The notes below the pieces were generated by a model. It ran no database searches and had not been told where the DNA came from. It was given only the letters and a program-made list of their open reading frames with translations. Position numbers and translations under genes: made by a program. A DNA stretch of 62,318 nt, counting the filler, from Choristocarpus tenellus KU-1152 (taxonomy: Eukaryota; Protista; Phaeophyceae): assembly GCA_964200185.2 (NCBI GenBank). It is 9 parts of 9 records of this genome, joined end to end, with 100 filler letters (N's around TTAATTAATTAA, not from the genome) between each part and the next. Parts side by side here need not be neighbours in the genome. Positions count along the whole stretch, not along the records: positions 59,422 to 62,318 come from CAXNAD020023821.1; 8 more parts are not named here. One strand, given 5' to 3'. Below, one piece after another: positions 61,980 to 62,318 of the stretch. Positions within the stretch are counted from its first letter, which is position 1; the number at the start of each line of letters is the position of its first letter.

Positions 61980-62318
61980 CGTGGGAAATGGTCTGTAAGT
62001 GTAGGGTCTTCGTAATTTATTTGAGTTGAAAGTTTGAAAGTTCAGGTGGTTACAGTAGGTATCCCTATTTTGAGCCGGGTATTATGAACCAAATCGAAAA
62101 ATATGCAATTTTGTACCGCTTTTTTCGACATGCTCAAAAAAATAGGCTTTTGTACCGGAATTCTCGTGTTCGGGCAATTCGGCGCAAACTCCCAGAGATA
62201 TTCACGCGAGTTTTGCGCGCAGGGATGCATGGACGAAGTGTCCTTTCCGCTGCAGAAGGCAAAAGTGGAGTGGATAAGGGCCAACTCGAGGAGATGAATA
62301 GTCCAGAGTGACATTCGT

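Noticed and set aside
62042-62318. Start of a divergent gene at the window end
   Set aside because: GC-rich and plausible, but the frame and product cannot be determined.

Overview
This is eukaryotic nuclear DNA, not prokaryotic. It has intron-rich genes with GT-AG introns and many decayed transposons. The gene set suggests a photosynthetic stramenopile, most likely a brown alga (inference): a thylakoid FKBP19-type PPIase, a bipartite plastid presequence, a bZIP-PAS factor and a 72-bp LRR exon. The window is not continuous: eight artificial 100-bp linkers (44N-TTAATTAATTAA-44N) join nine contigs (1-4868, 4969-9313, 9414-28780, 28881-33189, 33290-38714, 38815-45608, 45709-53941, 54042-59321, 59422-62318), so adjacency across linkers means nothing. 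Host genes reconstructed by hand from splice sites: partial sedolisin/TPP1 (S53 prodomain), partial FKBP19-like PPIase, last exon of an Oxa1/YidC insertase, Pcf11-like CID protein, complete COPI-associated/TVP15-like protein, complete small plastid membrane protein, Bub2/Cdc16-like TBC GAP, bZIP-PAS transcription factor, one LRR exon and a Ddi1-like aspartyl protease. Mobile DNA: Ty3/gypsy pieces (gag, LTR, PBS; chromodomain integrase tail), three Ty1/copia remnants, an intron-containing PIF/Harbinger transposase relic, a probable LINE relic and two MITE families with a shared terminal core. The most unusual signals are a GC-rich ParB/Srx-like (DGNHR) segment in frame with a chromoviral integrase tail, a spaced multi-PPT-like repeat array, and the MITE pair. 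I found no clearly new multi-gene system. All family calls come from motif recognition, not database searches.
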